Origin: an uncultured Chloroflexia bacterium
GTDB taxonomy: Bacteria; Chloroflexota; Limnocylindria; Limnocylindrales; CSP1-4
Reading direction: 5' to 3'
NCBI GenBank assembly: GCA_963763775.1
Contig: CAVXPZ010000001.1
Location: forward strand, 576,451-640,450
Length of the DNA: 64,000 nucleotides
Part shown: in pieces, positions 62,980 through 64,000 of the stretch
How positions within the stretch are numbered: position 1 is the stretch's first letter
How the letters are laid out: each line of letters starts with the position of its first letter
Notes under the pieces: generated by a model
Seen by the model: the letters and a program-made list of their open reading frames with translations, nothing else
What the model was told of the DNA's origin: nothing
Databases searched by the model: none
Translations under genes and position numbers: made by a program

Positions 62980-64000
62980 TCAGCTCTCGCGGCGACCGAG
63001 CCCCGCAAGCCACGCGGAGGCGTCGGCGAGCTCGTCCTTCGATTCGCGGGCGAGCAGGTCGACCAGGCAGCGCTGCACGCTCTTGCCCTCGAACAGCGCC
63101 AGCTCGACCTGGCGGGCGATGGGCAGCTCGACACCGAGCCGGGCGGCGAGGGCCAACGCGGCCTTGACGGTGTAAGCACCCTCGGCCGTGCCCGGCATGG
63201 TGGCCTCGATCTCGGCCCACGACCGGCCTTTCGCGAGCTCTTCGCCGAGACGGTGGTTCCGGGAGAGCTGCGACCCGCAGGTCGCGATCAGGTCGCCCAT
63301 GCCGGCGAGCCCGGCGAAGGTCAGCGGATTCGCGCCCGCCGCCATCCCGAGCCGCATCATCTCCGCGAGCCCCCGGGTGAGCAGCCCGGCCTTGCCGTTG
63401 TCGCCGAACCCGAGCCCGTCCGCCGCGCCGGCCGCGATCGCGACCACGTTCTTGAGGGCGCCAGCCAGCTCCACCCCGAGGATGTCCTCGTTGACGTAGA
63501 GGCGGAACCGGCGCCGAGCGAGCCGCGCGACGATCCGCCCGGCGAGGGCGAGGTCGGACGACGCCACGACCGCCGACGTCGGCAGGTTCCGGGCGACTTC
63601 CGCCGCGAGGTTGGGGCCCGACAGGGCCGCGACCCGTGTCGCCGGCACGCCGCTCGCCTCGGCGACGACTTCGCTCATCCGCCGGAGTGAGCCCGGCTCG
63701 AGGCCCTTGACCACGGAGAGCCGGTCCGCGGATGGCGCCAGGAACGGTGCGCACGCCTCGACCGTGGCCCGGAGGTGGGCCGAGGGCGCGGCGAAGAGCA
63801 CGAGATCGGTCGCGTCGCGAAGCGCCGCCGGGTCGGCGGTCGCGATCACGGTCGCGGGCAAGTCCACACCCGGGAGCCGCGGCTCGTTGCGTCCGGTCGC
63901 CGTGATCCGTGCCGCGGTCTCCGGGGAGTGGCACAGGAGCGTGACGGGCTCGACCCGGGCGACGAGCCGGGCGAGGGTGGTCCCCCAGGCGCCGGCGCCG
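62980..64000 (-). CDS. gpsA: NAD(P)H-dependent glycerol-3-phosphate dehydrogenase, 5' end outside window
   Basis: The frame is open to the window edge (GAGAWGTTLARLVA... at 63999). Motifs: KGLE, LSGPNLAAEV, GALKNVVAIAAG, TCGSQLSRNHRLG. Confidence 0.9.
   Translation of the reverse strand, partial: GAGAWGTTLARLVARVEPVTLLCHSPETAARITATGRNEPRLPGVDLPATVIATADPAALRDATDLVLFAAPSAHLRATVEACAPFLAPSADRLSVVKGLEPGSLRRMSEVVAEASGVPATRVAALSGPNLAAEVARNLPTSAVVASSDLALAGRIVARLARRRFRLYVNEDILGVELAGALKNVVAIAAGAADGLGFGDNGKAGLLTRGLAEMMRLGMAAGANPLTFAGLAGMGDLIATCGSQLSRNHRLGEELAKGRSWAEIEATMPGTAEGAYTVKAALALAARLGVELPIARQVELALFEGKSVQRCLVDLLARESKDELADASAWLAGLGRRES

Noticed and set aside
1-64000. Programmed ribosomal frameshifting or transcriptional slippage as the explanation for the frame breaks
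   Set aside because: The breaks occur in many unrelated housekeeping genes, at sites with no shared slippery heptamer or downstream structure, and in families not known to use recoding. Indel error or true pseudogenes are far more parsimonious.

Overview
This is a very GC-rich bacterial chromosomal segment. Typical coding lines I hand-counted are about 75% G+C (for example 45/60 at 9001-9060). The gene content looks Actinomycetota-like: NrdR with tandem NrdR boxes, paired DUF881 genes, a Ddn/DUF385-type protein, EtfAB plus an EtfD-type membrane Fe-S reductase, and many GTGA/ATGA-coupled genes. I can support about 65 protein-coding genes, two tRNAs (Arg-CCT, Pro-GGG), two NrdR boxes, a few hairpin terminators and two short in-frame tandem repeats. 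I see no rRNA, CRISPR array, transposase, integrase or phage gene.

The content is mostly housekeeping or metabolic:
- a long minus-strand envelope/transport operon (peptide SBP, MA-type metalloprotease, 2x DUF881, DUF951, MFS, amidohydrolase);
- nrdR-dcd;
- an acyl-CoA dehydrogenase-etfBA-EtfD electron-transfer module;
- moeA-moaC-moaB;
- a ccdA/TlpA thiol-redox set;
- two ECF sigma/anti-sigma pairs with beta-propeller ectodomains;
- an orphan Flp pilin inside a patch of small secreted proteins.

The most pervasive oddity is frame breaks. At least 13 positions in 11 genes, plus 4 tentative ones, show a one-nucleotide frame break inside otherwise intact conserved genes. This looks more like consensus indel error than biology and should be settled before any pseudogene call.

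I did not find a clear-cut novel system. The best leads are:
- a translationally coupled PLP-decarboxylase / YdeI / ACAD-fold (no YEG catalytic motif) operon;
- an RDD-family protein whose C-terminus is a diverged copy of the neighbouring Flp pilin;
- NrdR boxes controlling an nrdR-dcd operon that has no RNR gene;
- paralogous FERR-motif anti-sigma factors carrying Kelch or TolB-like propellers;
- a 0.7-kb lower-GC non-coding gap.

All family assignments come from motifs read by eye. No database search was run.
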